Program-made: the position numbers and the translations under genes | Notes under the pieces: generated by a model | The model's database searches: none | What the model saw: only the letters and a program-made list of their open reading frames with translations | What the model was told of the DNA's origin: nothing | Shown: positions 1-13,622 of the stretch, in pieces | Layout of the letters: every line of letters begins with the position of its first letter | Numbering within the stretch: position 1 is the first letter of the stretch | NCBI GenBank assembly: GCA_964016885.1 | Contig: OZ024742.1 | Location: 83,452,001-83,516,000, forward strand | DNA length: 64,000 nt | From: Eledone cirrhosa | Taxonomy: Eukaryota | Reading direction: 5' to 3'

Positions 1-198
1 ATAGTTTTGTCTATGGTTTCTGGGATTATCGTTATAGTTTTGCTGGGGGTATGTTGGACGTTTTGTTACTTTTTTTGTTATTTGTTGTGCATGTGGTGTG
101 TGAGTTTTAGTTTGTTTTAAAAATGGGTTACCTGTATGTTGTTCATTTTTGAAGTCCATTTCGTAGTTGTTGAAGAAGGTGGCGTTTTTTTCCTATCG

Positions 199-633
199 CT
201 AGAGGGATGTTAGTTCTTCATCCTCACAGTTTTCTTTCCAAAGTTTTAGGGGTTTTTTGTAGAGTAGGCCTTCAGAGTGCTTTGGGATTTCTGTGTCCAT
301 CTGTTGGTCGAGTGACTTGAATTTTTCTTCGTTGGAGTTGGCTCTTAATCGCAACAGTTCTATTTCTGTTTTAAATTTTTTCAACGCCATCTTTTCCCTA
401 AGTCTTTGTTGGTTTTCTGGTTCATTCGGGATGGGTTTTATTTGGAGTTTTTGGGGGAGGATGATTGGGGTAGAGTTTAGCCACTTTTCATATATGTCTG
501 CCTTGCAATTATTTTTTAGGAGATTCCTTGTCATAACATTCTCTATAAAGGCTACAGAATAGATTTCCAAATAAGGGCGCAAAAATGTAATGAAAACTTG
601 TTCACGTGACAGCCAAATTTCATTCATAACCAA
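199..633 (-). other. Decayed ORF fragment of unknown origin, probably repeat-derived
   Basis: 144-aa charged, helical-looking frame (EKWLNSTPIILPQKLQIKP...) ending in a stop with similar composition beyond it; no recognisable domain; its start overlaps a local direct repeat. Confidence 0.3.
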
Positions 634-717
634 TCAAATCACGTTTATTAAAAAAAAGCCTTCGTGAGCCACCTTTTTTTAAGTAAAGAACTTCAAATAC
701 ACACACACACAACACAC

Positions 718-801
<84 letters not shown>

Positions 802-1095
802 GCACACACAAGCACACAAATAAACATACATATCTTTACTGTCTTTATTCAGTAGAAAATCTGAATTCTGACACCCCAGCGAACTAACCATATTCACTGA
901 ACCAGAACAATTCTCCCATCCATTTCTCTTGACCATTATATTTCACTTATCATAAAATTCTCTAAAAAGGCTACAGAATGGATTTCCAAATAAGGGCACG
1001 AAAATTTAATGAAAACTTGTTCACGTGACAGCAATAATTTCATTTATAACCAACCAGAAAAAAAGCCATCGTGAGCCCCTTTTTTCAAGTAAAAA
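541..1095. repeat. Diverged ~140-bp direct repeat (541-685 and 961-1095) separated by (CA)n
   Basis: aaaggctacagaat.gatttccaaataagggc...gaaaacttgttcacgtgacagc...cgtgagcc occurs twice. Confidence 0.85.
699..810. repeat. (CA)n microsatellite
   Basis: Direct reading. Confidence 0.98.
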
Positions 1096-1334
1096 AGAAA
1101 TTCAAACACTCATATGGAAAAATAACCTGTGACAACCCCTCCCCCCCCCACCCCTCTTATTTGAAGAACTATTGTAACGCGAACTGGCCCGAAATTTATT
1201 ATAATTATTGACAAACCAATCAAAATTACTACTCGAAAAACCTGGCATTTCGAGCCACTTTTTCCATATAAAACAAGTAACATTCAGAGACCAACCAGAT
1301 GTGAGAAAAACCACAGACCCTCCATCTCAACTCA

Positions 1335-1372
1335 CCTTTTGAAAAGCAGAAGAACTGCGAAACCGGTAAAGG
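1335..1372 (+). ncRNA. Minimal type I hammerhead ribozyme motif with degenerate core
   Basis: cctt-TTGAAAA-gcag(aagaa)ctgc-GAAAC-cg-GTA-aagg: stems I and II are perfect; core has TTGAAAA instead of CTGANGA. Confidence 0.6.
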
Positions 1373-1503
1373 AACCAAATAAATATATATATTTTTTAAA
1401 AAAATAAGACTCCAGTTGCATTTTCGATTTCATCTCTTTTTCTTTATACTTTCACTCGTGTAGGACACCTCGGTTATTTTTCAATTTGTAAAAAAAACCT
1501 CAC

Positions 1504-1641
<138 letters not shown>

Positions 1642-1859
1642 CTGTATATATACATATACCCGTATGTATATATATGTTTATATGTTTGTATATATGTATG
1701 TGTGTATGTACCATTATGTATGTTTGTTGTGCGTCTGCCTGCCTGTGTGTGCGTGCATGTATGTGTGTGTACGTGTGTAAGTGGGCGCGTGTGTGAATGT
1801 GCTTGTCGACACCTGGAATATATATTAAGAGAAACTTCACAATAAGGAGAATCTCGCCA

Positions 1860-2310
1860 ACACTTGAATCTGTTGATCGAACCCTTTCTGCCTTTGTCAA
1901 CCTTATTTCAGCCTTAAAGAATTTCCCTTTTCTTTAAACCAATGAACCCCACCCATCCTGTAGTCTAAGTGATAAACTTGTATTTGTATTCCAAATTATA
2001 TTTTGTTTACAGTATTCTTTCTGCCTTTGTTAATACTATACCTTTAAAGAATTAGCTTTTAATTAACTCCCTTTTCTTTAAATCCTTCAACCAATTACCT
2101 CCACCCATCCCAATCCCCACCCTCTCCTACCACCAGAAAAGAAAAGATATAAATACCACTACTTACTTGGACAGCCAGCTCCCTTATGATTTCTCACGAA
2201 TGAAGCAGTTCTAGTCCAGTATAAGCTCTTCTATATTAAAACTTTTATACTCTGCTATGTATAGAGTACCTTACTTACTGTGGTTACCTCCGATTCAACC
2301 CGGAATAACT

Positions 2311-2312
<2 letters not shown>
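1860..2312 (+). mobile_element. Decayed Penelope-like 3' terminal-repeat remnant with degenerate HHR (~2180-2220)
   Basis: cttatgatttctcacgaatgaagcagttctagtc matches the CTGATGAtttcatacgaatGAAAC...GTC family at 10890-10940 and 42683-42763; the downstream ggttacc segment is also shared; ends in (TA)n. Confidence 0.5.
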
Positions 2313-2352
<40 letters not shown>

Positions 2353-2354
<2 letters not shown>

Positions 2355-2687
2355 AAAATGTATGACCCCGACGGCAGAGCTCAAGCCCTTTCGACGGCTA
2401 TTTCTGGACATCAAAAAGACCGTGACGACGGAACTGCGGAGGATCCCAGAAGAATCCTTCCAGGAGTGCATGCAAGCGTGGCACAAAAGGATGGAAAAGT
2501 GCATTAGACTCCAGGAGGGATTACTTTGAAGGAGAAAACTCTTAGTGTGAAGTCCAGAAATAGCCGTCGAAACGGCTTGAGCTCTGCCGTCGGGGTCATA
2601 CTTTCTCCTATTTCCCACTCTACTACTCTAAGTATTGAGTACTCTGGTGCGTTATAGTCCATTTGGTTCCTTACCACAATTCCTTTG

Positions 2688-2689
<2 letters not shown>
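2353..2689 (+). mobile_element. Fold-back (TA)n-inserted element, family H, with a 142-bp insert in the loop
   Basis: Arm 2353-2409 is the reverse complement of ~2552-2608; carries the HHR 3' half GAAACggc..gccGTC; flanked by (TA)n on both sides; homologous to copies at 9705, 9901, 11277 and 23499. Confidence 0.9.
2410..2551 (+). pseudogene. Mariner-type transposase C-terminal fragment
   Basis: Translates as DIKKTVTTELRRIPEESFQECMQAWHKRMEKCIRLQ-(frameshift)-DYFEGENS*, the typical W..R..KC....GDYFE end of mariner transposases. Confidence 0.8.
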
Positions 2690-2727
<38 letters not shown>

Positions 2728-2772
2728 AAGTTAAATAAAAAGTCAAATGATTAAAATTTAGCTGCGTTTATT

Positions 2773-2827
2773 ACTGCTATATATATTTCAGTGACAGCCA
2801 TCTTTGGCTGTGACCTCTTCAGGCAGT
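2773..2827 (-). ncRNA. Type I hammerhead ribozyme motif (inverted-arm copy)
   Basis: Reverse complement of 3063-3117. Confidence 0.8.
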
Positions 2828-3062
2828 TTGAATTAGTATGGTATAGACAAGTACATATGTTGTTGAGGTGTATAATATTGTCAATACTCTGATATGCCCA
2901 GTTCCTGGTTGGGTTTTTATTTCACTGAGGAACTGGAATCATATCATATGATTCCGGTTCCTCAGTGAAATAACAACCCAACCAGGAACTGGGCATATCA
3001 GAGTATTGACAATATTATACACCTCAACAACATATGTACTTGTCTATACCATACTAATTCAA

Positions 3063-3117
3063 ACTGCCTGAAGAGGTCACAGCCAAAGATGGCTGTCACT
3101 GAAATATATATAGCAGT
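3063..3117 (+). ncRNA. Type I hammerhead ribozyme motif
   Basis: actgc-CTGAAGA-ggtcacagcc(aaagat)ggctgtcact-GAAA-tatata-TA-gcagt. Confidence 0.82.
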
Positions 3118-3261
3118 AATAAAAGAAGCTAAATTTTAATCATTTGACTTTTTATTTAACTTTATTTTACACTACTCCGGAGTAACCAAACCAACCTGCG
3201 CACTTCGTCGAGTGCCCCAGCCTGCATATTGAGGTGTTGGTATACAACCAACATAAACTCA

Positions 3262-3867
<606 letters not shown>

Positions 3868-5371
3868 AATAGTGAAAACAATGAAATGAGTGAGAAATGA
3901 TGTGGTTGACTGTGAGAAGCGTCGTCTTTATTATTAGATGATACGTAAATATGTAGGTATAGATATTTTTGTTCTACTGCTGACCAAATTGTCCACACTC
4001 AGTGAAAGAGATAAGAATGAAGATATCAAATTACCATTTTCCAAACAAGTATACCAGATTTGGTTTTGTCACATAATTTATGGATTTTATAATAATGATA
4101 TTCGAATATATTGGAAAATTACTTCAAGAGAGTTGTGAGTGATGAGGCGAGAATTGTTTTCCATTTCGGTATTTTGGAATCGGTAACATAATTCCCTTAA
4201 TATAATTGGTTAACGCCATCTTTAAGTACATATAACGAAATAAGTGAACAAAATACCTCAATAGCAATAATAAATACAGATTTATCGTGAATAAATACAA
4301 ATACATATAAAATAGATAGAAAATACAATAGAACAATAAGTAAAAAGTGGTTTGCCACCTAGGAAGATTCAAATTTGAAACATACAGATATTGAGAAGAT
4401 TATATATATGTGTGTGGGCGGGTGTGTGGGGGTGGGTGTGTGGGTGTGTGTGTGGGGGGGGGGGTGAATGTAAAAGGTAAACAGAAATAACAATCGATAC
4501 AGTATATGGAAGGAATATATTAGGTTAACTCTTGAAATAGCAGGAATAGGGTCTTAACGTTTCGGATGCTGGTCCTTCATCTCAGGAGAAAGAATGAGAA
4601 ATAAGATAGATTGTAGGGACGGATGCGTTGCAATTGGAAAAATGTCTTTAGATAAAAATAACATATATATATATATATATTAATAATAACAGTAAAGATA
4701 ATAATAATAATTATTATTATTATTATTATTGCCGATCATTCTAACATGTTTGCTGTTATTCCATTGCTAACCAACCTAATTTGTTAAACATTTTATATTG
4801 TTTTATACTTAAAGTAATCGGTATCTTCTGGAGCTAGTTAATGTTTCAAAATAAGAAGGCGGATGACAAGCGTCCTTCTCTTGTATTGAGGGGCACTCCC
4901 CAAGGTAAAACAGCCAGTTCTCCACCAACGTCACCACTGTAGCCACCACCACAACAGACACTGTTAACAGCAGCAGCAATAACTCCACCACCAACAACAA
5001 TAGCAGTAACTACAGAAACAATACCAACAACAACAATAACAACAAACGCAGCGACGGAGACAATAAGCCAAACCAAAACCAATATTCCGTACCACAAGAG
5101 ATATGCGTGAACTTGATTTTGCACCACTGCCAAATTCTGTATATCGGTGACGCCACCGCCCACACCAATAAAATACTTAGCACAGGCTAAACCAACATCA
5201 ATACCACCACCGTCATCCCCATCACCATAACAAAAAATACAACACAAACAAATAGCAATAATAATAGTAACAAAAACAATGACGACTACAGTAACACCAA
5301 CTTCAACAACATAAACAACAACAATTTTAAAAATTACAACAATAGAAACAACAGTACCTACAACAATAATA

Positions 5372-5545
5372 ATTGTTTCCACTTTTGGTACAAGGCCATC
5401 AATTACCCAGTGCATTACTGGTACTTTATTTTATCGACCCCGTAAGGATGAAAGGCAAACTAACCATGGCAAGATATGAACTCATAACATAAAGAGCCAT
5501 AACTCTATGCTGCAAAGCATGGTGTCCGACGCTCTACCAATCCAC
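5372..5545 (-). mobile_element. tRNA-derived SINE, family S1
   Basis: Carries the gcctttcatccttacggggtcgataaaataaagtaccagt central block and the ggccttgt..aaaagt.gaaacaattatt tail on the minus strand. Confidence 0.85.
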
Positions 5546-6014
5546 AAGAACAATACCTTCGCAGCGACGGCTGCAAAAACAGCTGAACTATTCAGCACAG
5601 ACATACGGATGACGATGACCATTTGGCATGAGCTGCCAGATTAATTAAGCGGCAAGCACATGTGCCGAAACAACCGTCGCAGCGGAGGTATTTGTGACAG
5701 GTAAAAACGACGCTGATGTACAGAACAATTTCTATAAAATCGAGACTGCCAGAAGTGGCATCGCAAAGTGAGTGCGAAATAGCATTGAAAGACATTATGA
5801 CCAATGTAAAGCATGGCTTGAGAAGCTAGGAATTACCATATGGACAGCATTTTTGGAGAAAAGGTTTGCTGAGGCCAGCAAGTATTCTATGAAGAGTGTT
5901 GGGAAGCTGAAGAAGGAATGTCCCGAAGGACCTTTTGCCATTGGCTATGGCTCGCTCTTTTAGTATAGTGTCGGTAATAACCTCTGCCAGAACAAAAGTG
6001 ATAATAAGGATAAT

Positions 6015-6195
6015 AATTGTTTCTTCTTTTGGCACAAGGCCAACATTTACTCCAGTGCATTTGTGGTGCTTTATTTTATCGACCTCGTAAGGATGAAAGG
6101 CAATTTTACCTCAGCGGGATTTGAACTCAGATCGTAAAGGGTCGTAACTCTACGCTGCAAATCATGGCGTCCGACCCTCTACCGATACTGCTAAT
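6015..6195 (-). mobile_element. tRNA-derived SINE, family S1
   Basis: Same central block; B-box gagttcaaatccc on the minus strand. Confidence 0.88.
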
Positions 6196-7270
6196 GTTAG
6201 AAAAATGTCAAACTGGAAATCTCGACCGGATGGCACCCAAGGATTCTGGTTGAAAACATAACAGTGCTCATTTTTGGCTAGTGAAGCACCTAAATGGTTG
6301 TTTTGTAGAAGTTTCAAGTTGAATAGTTAAAGAGAAGACGACTTTGAAAATGAAGGATAATATGAAAGGTCGGTTAGCTGGAAATTATAGGCCGATTGAT
6401 GCTTGAAATTGTTTGGAAGCTGCTGACAAGCATCTTTGCTGCAAACGTGTATGATCACTTGCTTCAGTAGATGGGGTGTAGGAAAAAATTCCCAGAGAAA
6501 CAAAGACCATCTTGCAGATGACAAGCCGATCATGAATAAATGAAAAAGCCGTCTAAAAGAATTTCATGCGTGGCTTGGATACACTGTAAGAAGCCTTTGG
6601 CATGGTCCCACATTTATATTTAAGAATGTTTGGGATAGCAGTCTGTTATTAATCTAATGGTGTCTATGTTGCCTTTATGGAAGACAAATCTGTATGCAGT
6701 AAGTAAACACCTATGATTGGTCAATATAAGAAGAGGAATATTTTAAGGAAATTCCTTCTCACCATTGCTCTTTGTTATTGCCACAACCCCATTAAAAATA
6801 TTCTTAGGGATACAGTTATTGGCTATCGTATGACTATCAGAGGACCTAAGATCAATCATCTACTTTTCATGGATGATCTGAAGTTCTTTGGCAAGAATGA
6901 ATCTGTTTGACTCACTAGTGAAAACTGTCCACTGGTACTACTGGGATATTGGGATGGAATTTGGTATCGCCAAGTGTGCCACCTTAACTATGAAGTGAGT
7001 TATGCATGTATATAGTGGTGGGAATGAGGTACCTGGTGGAGAGTCGATTGGTGACCCTGAGGATAGTAGGTGCAATTATTTGGGCACTTTTGTGCTTGAC
7101 AAACCTCTAAAGGTTAGAAATACTACAGAAAACGGAATTGAATGGGAAAAACCTAATTACTGCTACAAATGCCTGGGCTTTGCAAGTTACTATAAGAGAA
7201 TGCCATAAAGCAGACGAATCTGTGACACATATTGCTATTGAGTATGAGCAGCTGGCAAAAACAAATTATA
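6196..7270 (+). pseudogene. Decayed R4/Dong-type LINE RT remnant
   Basis: Fragments NWKS..PDG.QGFW, KDHL, INHLLFMDDLKFFGKNES and IGMEFGIAKCA match the elements at 49.5-55.1 kb. Confidence 0.8.
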
Positions 7271-7319
7271 AAATCCTTACAAAATAAAAATAAATTCTTA
7301 TTATATTTCTATCATTAAA

Positions 7320-7900
7320 TGGCTAAATCACTGGGCCAGTCTATTGATAGTTTTAGTCAAATATAGCTACACCAATACACATTTCAAAATCTGGCCCTTA
7401 TTTGATCTACTTTTGTTTGTCGAACTGCTAAGTTACAATTTAATTTCTTTGCAGCCTTCTAAATTTGTACTTTTATTTTTGCCCGATGGACAACTATTTT
7501 CTAGCCATTCCTGCTAGTTAAATACCATTTGCACATATTGCTCCGCACTGTTTGCACGACCATGTTATTGTATATGGGCTTTTTGTTTTCATTTCTTCCT
7601 CGCTTCTTTGCTCAGATTAGTCCTATATCTCCTATTTCACTCACCTTTATCATACCATTTTAACTGGCATTTGTCATGCTACTATTTAGATTCACATATT
7701 TTACATTCTCCCACAACGTTACCTCTCGCACTACTCATCCGATCTCCCATTGGATTTTTATAACTTTCTATTGACATCAACCCTTTGCAATCAATTCTCC
7801 AATTCATTTTCTCATCCGGTTCTTCACAACTAATTTTAGAGAGCATATTTTACTCCTACCTTTCCGAAGAAAGAACAAGCGTCGGAAACGTTATCTTTCC
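7320..7900 (+). mobile_element. Very decayed Penelope-like 3' end with HHR-like remnant (CCGAAGA...GAAACGTTA at ~7864-7893)
   Basis: Weak GIY-YIG-like traces (LLYMG, HQPFAIN) followed by partial HHR boxes. Confidence 0.35.
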
Positions 7901-9560
7901 TTTATCACGGAAGTAAATATATTTTGCTATTTAAAATCATAATATGTATATTCAGATATAAATGCAACTAGAAATACATATAGACACACAGAGAAATATA
8001 CACATGCACACACTCACACAAGCATACTTACACATCCATGCATACCCCCATACACTAATATATGCTTATATATGTTGCACCTAATTAAGTATAAAAACAT
8101 CAAGACCATCGAAAATCTGCAAGCACCCGAGAACCATCCATGCACATAATCCTTATGATTCGGTGAATTAAAATTACATCGTTGAAAAATTGATAATAAA
8201 CGATAACAGACAAATGAATGCAGTAATAAGCAATAACTTCAACAATAATAGTATTCAAAAGGAAGCTCAACAAATTTTTAAAAATGGACGCAAAATATGG
8301 TAACTGCAGCAAATATAAATTCTCGAAACTTTTTCAATTCTTGCTTAGTGTACTGTGGCAAAATAATCCACAAGAGATTTTGCCTGAAAACTAAAGGAGA
8401 CTGATTTTTTATGTGTATAACAGTTTCTGTCACTCTCCTCTATCTCTTATTCTCCCTCTGATACATACATACATCATACATACAAACATACATACATACA
8501 TGCATGCATACATAATAAAAACTGCCACCAAATTAAAGCACAACCGGCCTGATATACATACATAATACATACATACATATATTTATAAACATAAATATAC
8601 AGAGTGCCAGAACCTGTAAGTAATAATGTAATAGTATGTGTAGGTGACATAAAAACACTATTCTTGGTTGCTTTTCTTCTTAAACGGAAATCTGTTGTTT
8701 TGTTAATACATTTTTCTTGCCTTTATTCAATTGTCTTCTATGCATATATAACCCAATCACAAATACTGAGTCTAGCGAACAATATTTTTTTTATATCGCA
8801 CCATTTACCTAATATTTTCTACAATTTAGCTTATATCGATTTTCAAACATTTTCCCTGACATATATGTTGTTTGTTTGTTTGATTTGGGTTTTTATTTAT
8901 TTTGTTTTCGTTACATAATTTTATTTCTTTTCCTGGCTTACATTTCTTGCAGTCTAACATCATATTTCTATATTTTTATTTCTTCGATTTTTTGTCACGT
9001 TTTCCAACATTTTATATTATTTGCCATAATATTCCTCTTTCAGCGCCTAACATATTTACTTATTTACTGTGGGCAAAAATGGGAGTCTCTCTATGATCAT
9101 ATATATATATATTTTTTTTTTTTTTGTAAAATATAATAGGATCTCACTTACTTCGCACAATACAATTCCTACAAAAAAAAATGAACATAACGTTAACACT
9201 AACTAAATATAGCCGCCGTTAAAAATTCACAGTTAGAACGGCCTATAAATATTAAGAGATTATATTTTTGGCATACTGTGCAAAAGTGGTTATGGGGCGC
9301 ACGATTCATTGCATGAAATATAATGGTCACTTCTACTACTGTTTGAATGCATAGATTTCTTTAGTTTACTGCATCGTTGGGTCAACATAAAAGACAGAAA
9401 TATTTCTGCAGAGAATCTTGTATTCGTGCAAAGAACGATTATTTTCTCGGACGAAAATCATTTTTTTGTTCTTAACCAAACTTTAACTAAATTTAAAGTA
9501 ATGATTATTTGTGGAGAGAATCAATTGAGTGTAAATATTAATATATATATATATATTTAA

Positions 9561-9647
9561 ATATTTGCTCTAGGGTTCTTATATATTTGATATATATTTA
9601 TACTTATCGAGTCCTCTTTGGATTTTAGTCTTCAAATTTATTATTAT

Positions 9648-9650
<3 letters not shown>
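9561..9650. repeat. Dispersed repeat end, inverted copy at 55136-55225
   Basis: atatttgctcta.ggttcttatatatttgatatatattta...ggattttagt..caaatttattattattac matches the reverse complement of 55136-55225; both abut (AAT)n. Confidence 0.8.
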
Positions 9651-9704
<54 letters not shown>

Positions 9705-9706
<2 letters not shown>

Positions 9707-9870
9707 AAAAGAGGCAGAAACCCGACGGCTGAGGTTCGGCTGTTTCGACAGCTAGATCGGAGCTCAGCCGTCGGGGCCCTGACTCTTTTCCTATTACGCC
9801 CTCTACTACCCTAAGTATCGAATACTCTGGTGCGTTATGGTCCACCTGGCATCTTACCACCCCTTCTTTG

Positions 9871-9872
<2 letters not shown>
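9705..9872 (+). mobile_element. Family H fold-back element, diverged subfamily
   Basis: ggaaaagag...cgacggctgag pairs with ctcagccgtcg...ctcttttcc; same 3' body ending ctttgtt(TA)n. Confidence 0.85.
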
Positions 9873-9900
<28 letters not shown>

Positions 9901-9902
<2 letters not shown>

Positions 9903-10076
9903 CGAAGGAAATGTGGTAAGGAACCAGGTGGACCATAACGCACCAAAGTACTCAATACTAACGGTAGTAGAGTGGGTAATAGGAACAAGTAAGATCCCGA
10001 CGGCTGAGCTCAAGCCGTTTCGACGGCTAATTCTCGTCGAAACGGCTTGAGCTCAGCCGTCGGCGTCTTACTTGTT

Positions 10077-10078
<2 letters not shown>
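9901..10078 (-). mobile_element. Family H fold-back element
   Basis: aacgaaggaaatgtggtaagg... body followed by a hairpin centred near 10030; flanked by (TA)n. Confidence 0.9.
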
Positions 10079-10113
<35 letters not shown>

Positions 10114-10889
10114 ATAACTTTGGTAAGTTTCGGCCGGTATTGGCCCAGGCTATGTCTAACTTAATAGCACTACCTGGCGAAGTTTTTCAAATCAGGCTTT
10201 GTAACCATGACACTCTCAAGTAAAGAGTTATTGTTTTCGGAGACATATCCGGGTGTAGGGGTTTATCTTGAATTTTTAGGAGGATTTTTGTCAAAGACTG
10301 TTTATGTTTTATGGGATCTCTTTCAGTTTGTATGTGTTTTGGTGTAATGTTAAAGTGAGCAGGAGGAGTTGAAGTGAAATAATTGGATCGTAATGCTATG
10401 AGATTCGAGCTTGATTTTTATTGTGGGTGGGTTGCTTAGGTGTATTCTAAAGATGATGCCAACATAATTTGGGCAATGCTGATGCAATACTTTTCACACC
10501 ATGCAGATATTGTGCCACGTCTGCGTTGGAGAGAGTAGAGTTTGAGATTTTCTAGTCAATTTTGAGATTTTCTAGTCAATCCCAAAAGTCAAGGCCTGTC
10601 ATATCATCTATCTTTTTTTGTGTTTGACCTGTGGGGTGCGTCAATGTTCATAATCATTTTTAACGTGTGGGAGACCACTGGGGATAACAGTATTGAAGGT
10701 GTGGCCGGAAAAAAGAGAAGGATAATGGTGTGAATGTCTCTCGACTGGAACGTTCTGAGAATCCAGGGACGCATATGTATATATATATATATGTATACAT
10801 GTAGATCTCGAGTGAAATAGGGGGTAACCACAGTTAAAAAAGGTACTCAATAAATTAAATGTAAACATCATTATTTAATATAGAAAGGG

Positions 10890-10940
10890 CTTCTACGGGA
10901 CTGGAATTGTTTTATTCGTATGAAATCATCAGGACATTCT
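10890..10940 (-). ncRNA. Hammerhead-like motif, partly degenerate, in a Penelope-like remnant
   Basis: Minus strand reads gtc-CTGATGA-tttcatacgaat-AAAAC-aattcca-GTC-ccgtag; the G of GAAA is mutated. Confidence 0.5.
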
Positions 10941-10982
10941 TGATCATTTCATACATAAATAATGGTATATATAACAGAAATC

Positions 10983-11095
10983 GGTGAATTGGCAGAGTCG
11001 TTAGAACGTCAGATAGAATGCTTTATGGTATTCATTTCGTCCCTATCAGTTCAAATTCTGCCGAGGCCAACTTTGCCTTTTATTCTTTCGAGTCT
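10983..11095 (+). mobile_element. SINE S1-related 5' fragment
   Basis: ggtgaattggcagagtcgttagaacgtc...gttcaaattctgccgaggccaactttgcctttt. Confidence 0.75.
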
Positions 11096-11276
11096 AGAAC
11101 TGGGTTGATTTTTCTTCTCTCTGGAACAAATCTGGTGTACTCAGGCCTGAAGAGAGATGGGCTCCGCCAGGCTTAAAATGTCCAAGAAACACCTTATGTC
11201 AATACGGTGCCCCTACAACTCTATCAGGAATTACGGGACCATACATAGATACATATATATATATATATATATATAT

Positions 11277-11482
11277 AACAAAGGAATTGTAGTAAGGAAC
11301 CAGATAAACCATAACGCACCAGAGTACTCAATACTTAGGATAGTAGAGTGGGAAATAGGAAAAAGTATGACCCCGACGGCAGAGCTCAAGCCGTTTCGAC
11401 GGCTATTTCTGGACGGCTATTTCTGGACTCAGAAATAGCCGTCGAAACGGCTTGAGCTCTGCCGTCGGGGTCATACTTTTTC
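11277..11482 (-). mobile_element. Family H fold-back element with a 14-bp duplication at the loop
   Basis: ...gacggctatttctg-gacggctatttctg-gactcagaaatagccgtcgaaacggc...; flanked by (TA)n. Confidence 0.9.
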
Positions 11483-11522
<40 letters not shown>

Positions 11523-12140
11523 GGGGGATAGAGAGAGGGAGAGAGGGAGAGAGAGATGGGTTGGGGTGTAAATATATAAACGTAGACTCCCAGCCAGAGA
11601 AGAAACTGTTATAAATTACTTACATAGGAATTTACGTAACGAAAGTATTTTGATGTGTTAGGGGGGAGTAATGTGAGTGAAAGGAGATAGAAAGAGAGGA
11701 TATTAAAAAGAAGTAAAATAAAATAAAATAAATATTACATCTATACAAACAATAGTGCCAGCGCATACATTTGTTTAGCATTAATATTTTGACCTTCATT
11801 TTTAATGGCATTGCTTTCGCCAGATTGTGACAGATGGAAGACATAAAGAAATAAAAATATATTTACATTTACATTTGCAGAAGGTCTAAAGAGTCAGACA
11901 AACGTAATATTTCATAGTTAGAATTAGGTTTAAGCATTTTTCTCTTTGATAAAAAGAAAATAATTATCAGAATTTCGTTTGGTTTCATTTACTAAACTAT
12001 TGACATTGTTACATGAATGTATGCGTATATTATAACTCTTATATATTTGTGTACGTGCCTCTCTCTCTATATATATATATATATGCGGGGATCTTTGTAT
12101 TATATACATACTGCATAAGAATTATATACATAGATGTAAA

Positions 12141-12246
<106 letters not shown>

Positions 12247-13325
12247 AGAGATAGAAAAGTTTCCTAAGTTTATCATTAACAAACGTGTTACCACTTCTTC
12301 CCCTTAATTTAAATGACGCGATATCTTACTTTCTTCTTGCTTACTTTCTTTTCTACCTTTTCTTTTCCTTTGTTTCATAACCGAGATTTTTGTGCTATAA
12401 GAAGCACCACGCTTTTCCCTGACGTCACATAAAACGTTATGTGTACTTTTAGCTTAACTGCTATAAATTAATGTTTTGTCTCACGCCTCTTATTCCACTA
12501 GAGAGCGTTTGGGTTGTATCAGACATTGTGACAACGACAACGGGTGGATCAGCAGTTCCATTGGTAGGGGTCGAAACTGCCAAAAGCTATCTCAACGGCC
12601 GATTACCTTTCGTTTGTAATTTTTTTTTTTTATGTCTAAGGTTCCCCTTTAAAGATGATTTTTCGTTTTGCCTTGTTTTCGTTCGTTTTCTTGTCCTCCT
12701 TGTTAATTTTCGTAAGTTAATATATAAATATATCATATTAAATCATATGGAGCATGAATCTGATATTAAATCATATGGCGCATGATTCTGATATTCTCAG
12801 ACATGACATCCTAAATATAATTTTGGTACTATATACATATATATGTATTTATGTATGCGTGCATGCATTTATCTATCCATGCAAGACTATACATAGGAGC
12901 GCTATCATGTAGAACCTTCTAAAATACATATAGAACATGATTGTAGTCTCGGCAATATATATAAATCAGAATCCAGTTACATCGTCTTATGTATATGGCT
13001 TCCTTGCACACCAAAGATATATCTCGCGTTATACAGATTCCTATATCTTCCTAAATTGGCCTACTTACCCAATGAATGTTTAACTATCTTTAAGTCTGCC
13101 GTATATCAAATATATTCCTTATTAATTGGTTCTAAATTCGGGACAAAGCCAGCATTCTGCGGGGATGTATAAGTCGACTAAGTAATCGTTAACTAGTACT
13201 TATTTAACGTTTTACCGACTCAGAAAGGGCCGTAACTGAAGTCCATGAAGCATCTTTACCCATACTCGAAAGAATTTGCCAAACACCACACAAATAATTA
13301 GAATAATTAGAATATTAACCTTAGT

Positions 13326-13372
<47 letters not shown>

Positions 13373-13575
13373 ATATTAGGGATACTATTTATGATTATGT
13401 ATATATTAAAACTATTTATAGTTATGTATATTTTAAACCCTAAACAGTGAAGGTCAGTAATTTATTACTACCTTATCACCAGTACGATAAATAGCTCAAC
13501 GTAATAACATCAGTTGTTCTACAGAGCAGTTATATAGAATTCACAAGAATCAAAGCTATGTTCAAAGCATTTATT

Positions 13576-13622
13576 CACTTACAATTGTTTCATCCAAACC
13601 TAGGCTTGGAGTCTTCGGAGCA
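13576..13622 (-). ncRNA. Type I hammerhead ribozyme motif, variant core
   Basis: Minus strand: tgct-CCGAAGA-ctccaagc(ctag)gtttggat-GAAAC-aatt-GTA-agtg. Confidence 0.65.

Larger units (their letters stand above)
2721..3261 (+). mobile_element. Penelope-like terminal repeat with a ~225-bp inverted 5' arm, inserted in (TA)n
   Basis: 2721-2944 is a near-perfect reverse complement of 2946-3169; contains an HHR in each arm; homologous to 41241-41560. Confidence 0.85.

Noticed and set aside
4550-4592. Hammerhead at 4550-4592 (minus strand) and a similar trace at ~10120-10200
   Set aside because: GAAAC boxes are present but the 5' core or stem I is too disrupted to call.
4846-5415. 189-aa Val-rich membrane-protein-like ORF
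   Set aside because: Degenerate (AAC/ACC)n low-complexity sequence that overlaps a SINE.
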